From Acidobacteriota bacterium (GTDB lineage: Bacteria > Acidobacteriota > UBA890 > WLXD01), in the NCBI GenBank assembly GCA_963666215.2, contig CAXWPL010000005.1:640001-704000 (forward strand): DNA of 64,000 nucleotides, in the 5' to 3' direction. The position numbers and the translations under genes are program-made. Below are positions 30,171 through 40,926 of the stretch, piece by piece. The notes beneath the pieces are model-generated. The model was not told the origin of the DNA. It was given only the letters and a program-made list of their open reading frames with translations, and did not search any database. Every line of letters starts with the position of its first letter. The stretch's first letter is position 1.

Positions 30171-30309
30171 CACGGCTGGAGCCCTCGTACGCTCTCATAC
30201 GTTGCCGGTTAGAACGGGTGGGCGCAAAGGCCGCGGCCACGCACTCGCCCCCAGTGCGAACTCAAAAGACGTGCCGACTAGCGGACGGGCCCGCTGCGCC
30301 TCGTGACCG

Positions 30310-30657
30310 TCAACTCGGCGGGCTGAAGCTCGCGACCGCCTCGGTCTCGTCACTGAAGCTTTCGAAAACCGAGATCAGCTGCGTAAACTGCAGCAGGTCA
30401 CGAATCTTCGACGTCAGGTTCAGCAACTTGAGGCTGGCTTCCTTGCTCGATGCCGTCGTGAAACTGGCCACGAGTTCACCCACACCAGCGCTGTCCATGT
30501 AGCGCACCTTCTGCAGATTGACGAGAATCGCCTTCTCATCGCGCTCCACAAGGTCACGAATGACCTGTCGGAGCTGGACATCTCCGGAGCCCAACGTAAG
30601 CTTGCTCTTCAGATCGACGATCACCACACCGTCTACACGGCGTTCGGTGCACTTCAT
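30310..30657 (-). CDS. STAS-domain anti-sigma factor antagonist
   Basis: VRYMDSAGVGELV phosphoacceptor motif. Confidence 0.92.
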   Translation of the reverse strand: MKCTERRVDGVVIVDLKSKLTLGSGDVQLRQVIRDLVERDEKAILVNLQKVRYMDSAGVGELVASFTTASSKEASLKLLNLTSKIRDLLQFTQLISVFESFSDETEAVASFSPPS

Positions 30658-30741
30658 ACTTGTCCCTCCGACGAGGTTCCATTGGTGTCAATGGTGGTGC
30701 ATAGGGCTTCGTAAGCTACCACCAGCTCCGTATCCGAGCAA

Positions 30742-31232
30742 ATGAGCCGTTCTCCCGCGATAGCCGAGGCCATCGAAGACACCCCGCAGGTCCGCTCGTC
30801 CGATGGCGAGCTCCCCGATGTGCTGGTGTGGCACAGCGCTGCAACCGACTACCGGCGTGCGCTGATGAGACGTCTGCCGGGTGTTCGTGTGACCGCCATG
30901 CAGCCGTCGAGCCGCGCCCTGTCTTCGGAAAATGCGGGAATCTTGTTGGCCTGGACCCTTCCCGAATCGGCTCTCACGCAGCTGCCGTCGCTGCGCTGGC
31001 TGCACGCCACTGGAGCCGGCGTAGAACACCTGATCGATCGGCCCGATCTTGCTGCTGCGGTGCGCGTAACTCGTTCCCTCGGTCGCTTCGGTGTGCAGGT
31101 GGCCGAGTACACGCTCGGGTACCTACTGCACCTGTTGATCGGCATCGAAGGGTATCGTCGCGACCAAGATCGTGCGCTTTGGGAGAAACGTGATCGCCCG
31201 CTGCTGACCGATATGACCGTGGGCGTTCTTGG
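30742..31232 (+). pseudogene. D-2-hydroxyacid dehydrogenase, cut by IS256 at the NAD-binding motif
   Basis: LPSLRWLHATGAGVEH, QVAEY, TVGVLG then the IS; C-terminal half is not found after the IS. Confidence 0.88.
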
Positions 31233-32640
31233 AGGATGTCACAGGCTCCGTTGAAAAAGGGTGACGGTGATCCGACCTCGATAGTGTGTCGGGGTCAATC
31301 CACTGGCATGGAGGATCACCGTCATGAGCAAGAGTCGCAGAACAGAGACAAGTAGGAAAGCGGAGCGCCAAGAGAACCCGCTCCTGGAGGCAGTGGTAGC
31401 GGCGCGATCGGATCTACGAGCGCTGGTCATGGACGCGGGCTTCGGGGTGTTGGGTTCGCTGCTGGAAGAAGACCGGGCGGAGCTCTGCGGAGAGCGCTAC
31501 GCGCGGTCACAGCAGCGGCGGGCGTACCGACACGGCTACGACGAGGGCTCGCTGGTGATGGGCGGCCGGCGGGTCAAGGTACGCAAGCCGCGGGCTCGGA
31601 GCGTCGATGGCCAAGAGCTGCCGCTGCCGCACTGGGAGAGGTTCAAGGCAACAGATCCGCTCGAAGAGCGCGCCGTAGAGCAGATCCTGTGCGGCGTCAC
31701 GACGCGCAAGTACGAGCGCTCGTTAGAGCGGCTCGACGACGGGCGAGCTTCGTCGGGAACGAGTCGCTCGAGTGTGTCGCGGCGGTTCGTAGCGCGTACA
31801 GCCAAGCAGGTGCAGCAGTACCTGGCCCAACCGCTCAATGAAGTGGACCTGCCGGTGCTGGTGATCGACGGCACGCACATGGGCAAGCACTTGTTGGTGA
31901 TCGCCATGGGCATCGACGCGGACGGCGTCAAGCATGTGCTGGGTGTCGTAGAGGGCACCACGGAGAGCTCCCACGTGTGCCGGTCGCTGCTGCGGCAGTT
32001 GATCGAGCGCGGCATGCCCGTCGAACGGGCGCGGTTGGTGGTAATCGATGGCTCCAAGGGCCTCCGTAAAGCAGTGCGCGACACGTTCGGCGAGTGGGCC
32101 CTGATCCAGCGCTGCCGTGTCCACAAGATCAAGAATGTATTGGAGCATCTGCCAGGGCATATCCGGCCCTGGTTCGCAGCCAAGATCCGCAAGGCGTGGA
32201 AGGCGGAGACGGCCACGGCAGCGACCAAGCAGCTCGACGCCGTGGTCAAGGAGCTGGAGACCGATCACCCCGGTGCAGCGGCCTCGCTCAGAGAAGGAAT
32301 GCAAGAGACGCTCACCGTCACTCGGCTCCGAGTTCAGGGGCCGCTGCTTCGGACGTTACGTTCAACGAATACGATCGAGAACCTGAACGGGACGATCAAA
32401 CACGTCAGCCGCAACGTAAAGCGGTGGCGCTCCGGGAGCATGATCGTTCGATGGGCGGTTACTGCACTCATCGAGGCCGAGAGCAAGTTCCGGAGGGTTC
32501 GTGGCTACCGCGACATCGCCAAGCTCGATGCCGCACTCAACACCGCCGTCGACGTTCCCCTTGAGCAGGAGCGCCGTACTGCGTAACAATCCCCAACCAC
32601 TTCACCGTCGCCTTAGTTCAACGGACGGTGGGACATCCCC
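31233..32640 (+). mobile_element. IS256-family element, copy 2 (no target duplication)
   Basis: Same sequence as 6088-7495 at offset 25145; flanks GTTCTTGG and ATCTCGCG do not match. Confidence 0.95.
31324..32586 (+). CDS. IS256-family transposase, same protein as 6179-7441
   Basis: Identical translation in the ORF track. Confidence 0.95.
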   Translation: MSKSRRTETSRKAERQENPLLEAVVAARSDLRALVMDAGFGVLGSLLEEDRAELCGERYARSQQRRAYRHGYDEGSLVMGGRRVKVRKPRARSVDGQELPLPHWERFKATDPLEERAVEQILCGVTTRKYERSLERLDDGRASSGTSRSSVSRRFVARTAKQVQQYLAQPLNEVDLPVLVIDGTHMGKHLLVIAMGIDADGVKHVLGVVEGTTESSHVCRSLLRQLIERGMPVERARLVVIDGSKGLRKAVRDTFGEWALIQRCRVHKIKNVLEHLPGHIRPWFAAKIRKAWKAETATAATKQLDAVVKELETDHPGAAASLREGMQETLTVTRLRVQGPLLRTLRSTNTIENLNGTIKHVSRNVKRWRSGSMIVRWAVTALIEAESKFRRVRGYRDIAKLDAALNTAVDVPLEQERRTA

Positions 32641-32649
32641 ATCTCGCGC

Positions 32650-32824
32650 GGCACTGTCAGGTTAACCGGTAGCCTGGCGGAGTTCGCACATGACGGACGA
32701 CTTGCAGCGCTACCGCCGGCACCGCTTCCCGCCGGAGATCATCAGCCACGCGGTGTCTGCGATAGCGGTACGCTCGGTTGGCCATGACTGCACTCTGCTA
32801 GCAGAGCCGTCGGTTGACAGTGCC
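32650..32824 (+). mobile_element. Internally deleted IS6-family mini-element with both IRs
   Basis: GGCACTGTCA...TGACAGTGCC; contains only the transposase N-terminus MTDDLQRYRRHRFPPEIISHAV. Confidence 0.8.
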
Positions 32825-32860
32825 CGTCCAGCGGTCTCTCCGTATGATACGATGGGGACG

Positions 32861-33313
32861 CTAGTCTCGCGGCTCCCACTCCATCGCCTCCGCGTCCTCT
32901 AGAAGCACGACGAGTCCGGCTCTGAGCTTGCTGATCGGTCGGCCTTCGTCACGTTCCCAACGACTCACGCTGCACGGCGACACTTCAAGGCGCTTCGCCA
33001 GCTCTTCTTGTGTGATCCCCAGGCGTCGTCGCGCTGAGATAATTCGGCCACCGAGACTCTTCGGTCTTGGAGAGGGGTCGTAGCCCAGGAAGGTGTAGAT
33101 CTTCCTGCGGTGACGGATCGTGGGGCTCACTCTGTTGGCCTCCCACAACAGAATCGACCACATCGAGACGCCCCATGCTTCGGCTACCTCCCGTTGCGTG
33201 AGGTTTCGGTTGAGACGCTCGACACGCAGCAGGTCACCGATCGTCGCCAGCTCCTCGACGGGCACCACCAGGCGAGGTTTCTCGGCGACCAACCGAACAT
33301 CGCAACAAGGCAC
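32861..33313 (-). CDS. XRE-family regulator with two HTH domains
   Basis: RLNRNLTQREVAEAWGVS...WE and RRRLGITQEELAKRLEVS...SRWE; start uncertain. Confidence 0.8.
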   Translation of the reverse strand: MPCCDVRLVAEKPRLVVPVEELATIGDLLRVERLNRNLTQREVAEAWGVSMWSILLWEANRVSPTIRHRRKIYTFLGYDPSPRPKSLGGRIISARRRLGITQEELAKRLEVSPCSVSRWERDEGRPISKLRAGLVVLLEDAEAMEWEPRD

Positions 33314-33706
33314 CGCACTGGTGATCGTTCGGGCCCATCAAGAGCTGGAATCAAACCAGGCATCCGATTCGCTCAAGCCACCGCGTGAGGTTTTCGCGCG
33401 CCACTCCGGCCCGCCGGTATCGGCGCTCCCGGCAATGGAAGACGGTCTTGATACCGAGGCCGATCACATCTGCAGTCGCGGCGAGCCTGAGGCCTCGCCA
33501 ACGTCGTTCCGGCTGGATCGCGTCAACGAGATCGTCAGATTCTCGTGCGGGCTCGTGGCTGGGACGACGAAATGTTGGATAGCGCGTGACCGCACGACTG
33601 GCGTGTCGCGGCTCCCAGCGCCCCCGAGAAGCTCTCGGAACACAGGATAGGCTCGAAGCGCAGTGCGCTGTCGACGTGCGGCCTGCCAGGAGGGCTCCTG
33701 GAGCTG

Positions 33707-34924
33707 CTAGCCGGCCTGTTCGAGGGCGACCCGCATCGCCCGTGCACGAGCGTCAGCAGCGCGCTTGAGTGCGTCCGGCGCGAAGTGCGCGTAGACCTCG
33801 GTCGCCTGTCGAGATCGATGCCCGACGTTCTTGCCCGCGATCTCCAGTGGCACGCCCCTCGACACGTCCCAGCTCACAACGTTGTGTCTCAGGTCATGCA
33901 GCCGTAACGCTCCGAGGCCATCCAGTTTGTCCAGACCTGCCCGCTTTCGGATGATTCCCCAGGGCCGCTTCACGGTCGTCAAGTGCTCTTGCCCCCCGCG
34001 GCCCGACAACACAAACGGACAACCCGCAACCCTCTCGACGCTCTCCAGTACCTGGATCGCCTCGTCCGGCAGCTGCCGGTATTCCTCGTCGGATGTCTTC
34101 GTGCCAACAAGCCGCGCCACGCCTCTCTTGAGATCCAGGTTGTCCCACTTCAGGGCGAGCACCTCGCCGATCCTCCAGCCCGTCCAGAACGCTATCCGGA
34201 TGGCCGCGCACGCCGCCGGATCGGCGCCATCATCCTCTTCGCCGTCGATTGCCTGAAAGAGCTTCCGCATCTGCTCGGCGGTCAGCATCACTTCTTTGCG
34301 AGCGCCGCGGCGCTGCTCCGGGTAGCGCTCGACGCCCTTGGCCGGATTCGTCGCCTGGGCTCGCCAACCCCAGGCCTCCGCCTGGTCGAACGCGTGTTGC
34401 AGCACCGTAAGGGTGCGGTTCGCCACGTAGGGCGTCGCCCGCATGCGCTGGTGCATGCGCTCGAGGTCTGCGGTCGCTACTTCCTGGACGCGCTTCTTGC
34501 CGAGGGCCGGCACGACATGGCAGCGGATCAGGCTGTCGTAACTCCGAAGGGTCGACGCCCTGGGCGGGCGCTTCTTGTTCGGCAGGTACTCCTGCTGGAA
34601 CCGATCCATCAGGTCGGCGACGGTGAGCGCTTCGGACCGTCTCCGCATGAGGGACGGATCTTCACCTGCCTTCACCTCGAGGAGAAGGTCGGCCGCCAGC
34701 TTCCTCGCATGATCGGGCGTCAGCTCGCCCTGCTTGCCAAGGGTCAAGCGCTTCGGCGCGCCCTTCCAGTTCTGGTGCCGGGTGCGGTACTGGAGTACGT
34801 AGATCTTCCGGCCGGCCGGCGTCACCTTGCACCCGAACCCCGTGAGATCCGTGTCCCAGAGGAAGTAGACCCGGCTCCGGGCAGCCAGGCTGTCGACGGC
34901 TCGTTTGGTGATTCTCTGTCGCAT
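33707..34924 (-). CDS. Tyrosine integrase with Arm-DNA-binding domain
   Basis: ITKRAVDSL...WDTDLTGFG, TGWRIGE, RLHDLRH, VGH, TEVYAH. Confidence 0.95.
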   Translation of the reverse strand: MRQRITKRAVDSLAARSRVYFLWDTDLTGFGCKVTPAGRKIYVLQYRTRHQNWKGAPKRLTLGKQGELTPDHARKLAADLLLEVKAGEDPSLMRRRSEALTVADLMDRFQQEYLPNKKRPPRASTLRSYDSLIRCHVVPALGKKRVQEVATADLERMHQRMRATPYVANRTLTVLQHAFDQAEAWGWRAQATNPAKGVERYPEQRRGARKEVMLTAEQMRKLFQAIDGEEDDGADPAACAAIRIAFWTGWRIGEVLALKWDNLDLKRGVARLVGTKTSDEEYRQLPDEAIQVLESVERVAGCPFVLSGRGGQEHLTTVKRPWGIIRKRAGLDKLDGLGALRLHDLRHNVVSWDVSRGVPLEIAGKNVGHRSRQATEVYAHFAPDALKRAADARARAMRVALEQAG

Positions 34925-35070
34925 CAGATAATCAGTGGATCTTCTAGCAATCAGATAGCAATCAGGTTGACGCAAATCGTGACATACTGGAGCGAACCGA
35001 ATCAAGAGCAAGTAACTGCAAATAAAGGGTTTCTAGAAGTCTGGCAGATTCGAGCAAACCTGTGGCCCGA

Positions 35071-35115
35071 GATTCGTAATCAGCAGGTCCGGGGTTCAAG
35101 TCCACGCGCCGGCCC
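35071..35115 (+). repeat. 3-prime half of tRNA-Thr(CGT), an integration att-site remnant
   Basis: GA-TTCGTAA-TCAGCAGGTCCGGGG-TTCAAGT-CCACGCGCCGGC: anticodon loop, T arm and acceptor 3-prime strand, with no 5-prime half. Confidence 0.85.
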
Positions 35116-35377
35116 TTTAGAATCAGTGACTTACGGCCGACCATCAGGAACTGGCCGGTTTGGGGGTCGGCGTGGGGATCGTCCGACCGAAACGGGCTGC
35201 CTACGAGCACGACCTTCATCCGGGTATTGAAGGTCAGCGACTCGATCGCCGCGGCACCGAGCGTCACGAGACTCGGCCCACAGCCTAGGGGCCAGGAGAG
35301 AGCCAACCCCCCGACATGTGCCCGGCGAGCCCCCTCGACCGCCGCCGGGCCGGGCGATCCGAAAAGTCGTCACGGCG

Positions 35378-36277
35378 TCAACGCTGCACTGGGCCGAGCG
35401 TCTCGTCGAGCCAGGCGCTGATGATCGGGTTGCGAATCTCGACGGGGGGCAGATGGCCGCTATCGACCAGCTCCAGGCGCTTGGGACCCGTGAGCAACTC
35501 GTACAGCGCTCGGGCGTACGGTTCGTATGGCATCTCCTCGTCGTATCGCCCAGTCAGCACCAAGACGGGGGATTCGATCCGCGGCACGAAGTTGACCGCT
35601 GTGACCTCGGGCAAGTACCGGTGCATCAGCATTCCGCTGCCGATCAGAACCGACGATCGGATCCTGGGCTCGACGGCAATGAGAATCAGCGCGTTGGTGA
35701 CCGCGCCGAGACTGAAGCCGGCGTGCGCGATGCGACTCATGTCGATATCGGACCGGCTCTCGAGGTAGTCGAGACCGATCCGGTACTCCGTGATCCGGAG
35801 GATCGCCTCGTTGCGCGCGTCGACGCTGCCACGCTCACTTCGCGGCGGGAAGTTCGAATGGCCTGGCCAGCGCCGTTCGATCGCCCCCTTGACGACGACC
35901 GCCAGCACGGCCCGGCCGGCCTTGATCTGCGGCGAGAGGATCGCCTCGACTTCTTCGTCGACCCGGCGGCCGTAGAAGACGGTGCTGCTGGCGAAATAGC
36001 TGAGGCACTGGTACGGAGGCTCTCCACGCTTCGGCAAGTAGAAATACGCGATGATCCGGTCACCGTCGAGGAAACCGGCAAGCGTCAGCTTCTCTCGCGT
36101 CCAGTCCGGCGTCTCCACCCGTTCGAGCACCTCGGCGGCGCGCGGCTTCCTGTCGTAGCGGTAGTGGCTGAGGAAACCGCGATAGGTCGCGTCATCCACG
36201 GGATCGAAGCCCTCGAGGACGGGAGGCAGAATGGGCCCGGATCCCTGGTCGGATGCGCCGGCCGCGGGCTTGCTCAC
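35378..36277 (-). pseudogene. Alpha/beta hydrolase C-terminal domain, 5-prime truncated by IS6
   Basis: GFSLG nucleophile, GRYD, SGH; the frame begins right at the IS6 IR. Confidence 0.75.
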
Positions 36278-36919
36278 GATACTGTCAAGTTAACATTCAA
36301 GCTGGCACAGTCCGGCGATGATCAACGACCGGCAGCGCTACGCTCGACATCGCTTCCCGCCCGAGGTCATCAGCCACGCCGTCTGGCTGTATCACCGCTT
36401 CTGCCTGAGCTTCCGAGATGTCGAGGACCTTCTGGCCGAGCGCGGGGTCGTGGTCACCCACGAGACGATACGGCAGTGGTGTGCGAAGTTCGGTCCCGAC
36501 TACGCTCGGAAGCTACGTCGGCGGCAGGGTCGTCTCGGCGACACCTGGTTCCTGGACGAGCTGTTCGTGAGCATCCGAGGCAAGCGCGCCACTATCTGTG
36601 GCGTGCGGTTGATCAAGACGGTGACGTGATTGACATCTTGGTCCAGCGACGGCGAGATGTGCGTGCGGCCAGGCGGTTCTTCCCGCAGGGGAGCGAACCA
36701 CGATGGTTGATCACCGACAAGCTCAGAAGCTATGGGGCCGCGCACAGGAGTGTGATGCCCTCGGTCGAGCATGTCACAGCGCGCTACGCGAACAACCGAG
36801 CAGAGGTTTCGCATCAGCCGACCCGGCAACGCGAACGACAGATGCGAAGGTTCAAATCCGCTGCTCAAGCTCAACGGTTTCTGTCGGTGCACGGCACCGT
36901 CCGGAATCTCTTCAAATAA
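36278..36919 (+). mobile_element. Degenerate IS6-family element with frameshifted transposase
   Basis: IR GATACTGTCAAGTT; RHRFPPEVI, WFLDE, YLWRAVDQDG, ITDKLRSY, NNRAEVSHQ spread over two frames. Confidence 0.9.
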
Positions 36920-37041
36920 AGTGCAGCTTGCCCGCGGCTGTGTGCTTGGATACAACTCTGGTGCCAGTGGCTGAAACCGGATGCGTGGGCGGACGTCACG
37001 CATCCGACAAGTCCCGGTCGAAGAACCGAGGAGGACATCTC

Positions 37042-38478
37042 GTGACGAAACCCTGGCAGGTTCCGACGATTACCCTGCTGGCCGCCATGGCCATCGCGGG
37101 GCCCCCTCCGCCGACGGCGAGCGCCCAGACATCGGCGACAGCGGTCCTCTATCGCGACGGCCACAGGGAAGCGGCGGCCGCGCGACGAGCCGAGATGATG
37201 GAGGCCATGGAAGGCGGGCTGGCGGTGATCACCAGCGCTGACCGCAGGCAGCCGAACCTCTACGAGGGCTTCGGTGAGGACACTGAGAACCACGACTTCA
37301 TCTTCCTTACGGGCATGTACCGCGCGGCGCCACCGGGATCGATCCTCGTGCTCAACCCGGGCGGAAGCACCTATCGCGAGATCCTCTACACCGCCAATGG
37401 CGTCGAGGAGGCCAAGCGCGTCACGGAGATCGAGCACGTCTTCGAGCATGAGAAGTTCCTCGAGCACCTCTCGAGCGCCCTCACTGACTATCGGAACCTC
37501 CGGATCACACAACTACGCTTCAAGCCGGTGGCCTCGGACCTGGCGCGCGGCTGGGGCGACTCCGACAAGATCCTGTACGTCAACTACCCCCGCTTCAGCA
37601 ACCTGAACGAGCCGGCCAACCCCCGCCTGGACTTCGTCGACCGCTTGCGGGAGGCGACGAGCGAGCTGGACGTCCGTGACGCCGGTGACATCCTCGATCG
37701 GATGCGGATGGTGGTCGACGACTTCGGCATGATCCAGCTTCGCCGCTCCATCGAGATTACCGGCAAGGCGCTGATGGAGGGCATGAAGTTGGCTCGCCCT
37801 GGCCTCACCACCATGCAGGTCAAGCACACGGTCGGATACACCCACCTGCTGAACGGGGCTGGCCTCGGCTTCACCGGTGTATCGCCGGCCAGCGACCTGA
37901 ACATCGTGCTGCGCTGGGAGAGCGCCAGGGAGGAGCGGGCTGCCAGCCGTGGCGACGCACCGATCCGGCCGGGCAGCCTGGTGCACTTCGACACGGGAGC
38001 GGCGTTCAACCACTACTCGGCCGACATTCAGCGAACGGTTCCTGCCGACGGCACCTTCACGGACGAGCAACGTCACATCTACCAGACGGTCCTGGACGTG
38101 CAGAAGGCCGTGATTGAGAACGTGCGCCCCGGGGTCACGTGGCAGGAGCTGCATGACATGGCGGTGACGATGCTCCGAGACGCCGGCGGCTGGGACGAGA
38201 GCTACACGTACGGAATTGGCCACTTCATCGGCATGGAGGTGCACGAGCACGGCGACTACCCGGTTCCCCTGGTGCCGGGCATGGTCCTCGCGATCGAGCA
38301 AGGCGCCATCGTCGACGGCACGCGTGTGGCCTTCGAGGACGACGTCCTGGTGACCGAGGACGGGTACGAGTGGCTGAGCCGCTTCATCCCGATCGAGATC
38401 GACGAGGTCGAAGCGTTGCGACGCGAAGCTCCAGCCATCGACCCGAGTCCGTTGGTACTCCCACTGCCTCAGCGCTAG
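37042..38478 (+). CDS. Secreted Xaa-Pro aminopeptidase (M24)
   Basis: Signal peptide, FDTGA..YSADIQRT, GHFIGMEVHE, AIEQG, FEDDVLVT; GAGGAGG RBS. Confidence 0.9.
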   Translation: MTKPWQVPTITLLAAMAIAGPPPPTASAQTSATAVLYRDGHREAAAARRAEMMEAMEGGLAVITSADRRQPNLYEGFGEDTENHDFIFLTGMYRAAPPGSILVLNPGGSTYREILYTANGVEEAKRVTEIEHVFEHEKFLEHLSSALTDYRNLRITQLRFKPVASDLARGWGDSDKILYVNYPRFSNLNEPANPRLDFVDRLREATSELDVRDAGDILDRMRMVVDDFGMIQLRRSIEITGKALMEGMKLARPGLTTMQVKHTVGYTHLLNGAGLGFTGVSPASDLNIVLRWESAREERAASRGDAPIRPGSLVHFDTGAAFNHYSADIQRTVPADGTFTDEQRHIYQTVLDVQKAVIENVRPGVTWQELHDMAVTMLRDAGGWDESYTYGIGHFIGMEVHEHGDYPVPLVPGMVLAIEQGAIVDGTRVAFEDDVLVTEDGYEWLSRFIPIEIDEVEALRREAPAIDPSPLVLPLPQR

Positions 38479-38602
38479 CATTGAGGATCCGCTCGTCGGC
38501 GAGTATCTTGGTCTCGGCCACTGATTTCTCCTCGGTGAGAAAGGGTTTTCTCAGGCAGGCCGAGGATCGAGCGTGCTCACACGTAGGTACCAGGAGGCAA
38601 CG

Positions 38603-40780
38603 ATGACCCGCGACGACAGGTATGGCTCCGGCCGACGGCCACGGCGAGGAAGCCTCGCCACCGCTACCGCGATGTTCCTGATCGCCGCGGTGACCGCCTG
38701 CGGCGGCCCCGGGGAGGGGGGCGCCGGCCCGGCGACCGCGACAGGTGGAGCCCTGACGATGTCGGATTACCTGGACGGGCGCTGGCCGTCGCGACCGGCC
38801 TGGTCACCGGACGGGCGCTTCGTCTCGTTCCTGTGGACCGACTGGCGTACCCAGGATCTCTACGTCGCGCCCGTCGACGGGGGCTCGTCGGTGGCGTTGA
38901 CCGCGTCCGACCACTTCCTCGGAGGCTCCACCTGGAATAGCTCCGGCAGCTTCGGACAGTGGCTGCCGGACGGTAGCGGAATTGTCTTCGAGGACGATGG
39001 CGACCTGTTCCTCGTGTCCGTGCCCGACGGGCAGACGCGCCAGCTGACGGAGACCACGGCGACGACGAGCTCGGCTCTGGTCTCGCCGGACGGCGCGCGG
39101 GTCGCATTCACCAGTGAAGGAGAGCTCTTGCTGCTCGGGCTCGAGGACGGCGCGGCGTCGAGCCGCGGCGAGGTCGGCCTCATGAGCCTCGGCGACTGGG
39201 CTCCGGCGGGCGAGTGGATCGCCGGCAGCGTCAGCGGGCCGCGTCTGGACGCCTCCCGGTCGCCGCCGTTCTCGGGTCCGCTGCTTGTCTCTCGCAGGGT
39301 CCGCTACGCCGCACCGGATGCCGCGATCGTGTCGACGCGAACCGGCGAAGTCCGGACGCTGCTGCCCTCGCCAGAACGAGAGACCGTGATGGCCTGGGCG
39401 CCGGACGGCGCCAGCTTGGTCGTGGAGCGCAACTCCCTCGACGTGAAGGACCGGACCTACTACCACGTCGGCCTCGACGGCGAGCTCATCGCCACGCTGC
39501 ACACGCGCCGGGACGAGCGCTACCTGAACGCTCGGGACAAGGTCGTGTCCTTCTCACCTGACGGCGGCAGGGTCCTGTACACGAGCGACGAGGACGGCTG
39601 GAATCACCTCTACGTGGTACCGGCGGAGGGTGGCGAGGCGGTCCAGCTGACGTCTGGCTCGTTCGAGGTCAGCTTCCCGGCCTGGTCACCCGACGGCGAG
39701 ACCGTCTACTTCGTCTCCACCGAGGCGGGCACGGAGTGGCGGCAGCTCTACTCCGTCGGCGCGGAGGGAGGGGAGCGCACCCGGTTGACCGAGCTGCTCG
39801 GGAACATCGCCTCCGCCGTCTTCTCACCCGATCGCGAGAGGGTCGCCTTCATCTACACCGACGCGTCACGACTGCCGGACCTCTGGGTGACCGACACGGT
39901 CCCCGGAGCCGAGGCTGTCCAGCTCACCGACTCGATGACCCCGACGCTGCACGCGTACGACTGGCAGGCCCCGGAAATCGTCACGTATGCGGGGCACGAG
40001 GAGCTGCCGATCCGCGCCCAGCTGTTCCGACCCCGGCGATTCGACCCGAACGCCTCCTACCCGGCCATCGTGCACGTGCACCAGGCGTCCATCTACCAGG
40101 AGGTGTTCGTGGGGTCGGGGCCGCACAAGGACAACGTGGCCTGGTACGGCTGGCACCAGCGCCTCGCCGATCGCGGCTACGTCGTGCTGAACGTCGACTA
40201 CCAGGGCAGCTACGGCTACGGTCGCGACTTCCGCACCGCCAACTACATGGATCTCGGCGTCGGTGACGCCGCCGACGTGGTCGAGGGCGTCGAGTATCTG
40301 GAAACACTCGGGTTCGTCGACATCGATCGCATCGGAGTCTACGGGATGAGCTACGGCGGCCACATGGTGCTCGTGCTCATGTCGAAGTACCCCGACGTAT
40401 TCGCTGCCGGGGTGAACATCGCCGGCCTCGTCGATTGGGAGATGCCAGGGGGACCCTGGGATACGCGCAACCCCCACACAACCGGACGCCTGGGGACGCC
40501 CGAGGAGAACCCCGAGGCGTACTTCAACACCTCGGCGATCAACTTCCTCGATGACCTGAGCGCTCCCGTGCTGACCGTGCAGGGCACGGCCGACCGACAC
40601 GTGAACTTCCTGCAATCGATCTGGCTGGTCGACCAGCTGCTGAAGCGCGGCAAGCGATTCGAGTTCGAGCTCTACCCCGGCGAGCCCCACTTCTTCGGCC
40701 GCAAGAGCAGCTGGGTCGACGCGTTCGCGAAGATGGAGCGCTTCTTCGACGAGCACCTCCGCCACGAGCCCGAGTGGTGA
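38603..40780 (+). CDS. S9 (DPP-IV/prolyl oligopeptidase-like) lipoprotein with PD40 propeller
   Basis: VTAC lipobox, WSPDG repeats, GMSYGG, QGTAD, EPH. Confidence 0.93.
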   Translation: MTRDDRYGSGRRPRRGSLATATAMFLIAAVTACGGPGEGGAGPATATGGALTMSDYLDGRWPSRPAWSPDGRFVSFLWTDWRTQDLYVAPVDGGSSVALTASDHFLGGSTWNSSGSFGQWLPDGSGIVFEDDGDLFLVSVPDGQTRQLTETTATTSSALVSPDGARVAFTSEGELLLLGLEDGAASSRGEVGLMSLGDWAPAGEWIAGSVSGPRLDASRSPPFSGPLLVSRRVRYAAPDAAIVSTRTGEVRTLLPSPERETVMAWAPDGASLVVERNSLDVKDRTYYHVGLDGELIATLHTRRDERYLNARDKVVSFSPDGGRVLYTSDEDGWNHLYVVPAEGGEAVQLTSGSFEVSFPAWSPDGETVYFVSTEAGTEWRQLYSVGAEGGERTRLTELLGNIASAVFSPDRERVAFIYTDASRLPDLWVTDTVPGAEAVQLTDSMTPTLHAYDWQAPEIVTYAGHEELPIRAQLFRPRRFDPNASYPAIVHVHQASIYQEVFVGSGPHKDNVAWYGWHQRLADRGYVVLNVDYQGSYGYGRDFRTANYMDLGVGDAADVVEGVEYLETLGFVDIDRIGVYGMSYGGHMVLVLMSKYPDVFAAGVNIAGLVDWEMPGGPWDTRNPHTTGRLGTPEENPEAYFNTSAINFLDDLSAPVLTVQGTADRHVNFLQSIWLVDQLLKRGKRFEFELYPGEPHFFGRKSSWVDAFAKMERFFDEHLRHEPEW

Positions 40781-40926
40781 AGACGGCGGACCGAATCGTG
40801 ACCTGCAGCCGCCTCCTCCGGGCTGGAACAAGGAGAAGGTGACGCAGTATCGAGCCGAGGCCGAGCGAATTCATCAGGCCCTCGCCTCAGCCTGCCCGGT
40901 GCTGTGCCGCAGGCTCGCCGCGAAGG

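Noticed and set aside
35071-35115. Functional tRNA gene
   Set aside because: No D arm or 5-prime acceptor strand, and the T stem has a mismatch; it is an att remnant.
35318-36919. 533-aa plus-strand ORF
   Set aside because: Chimera of antisense hydrolase sequence and the IS6 transposase C-terminus.
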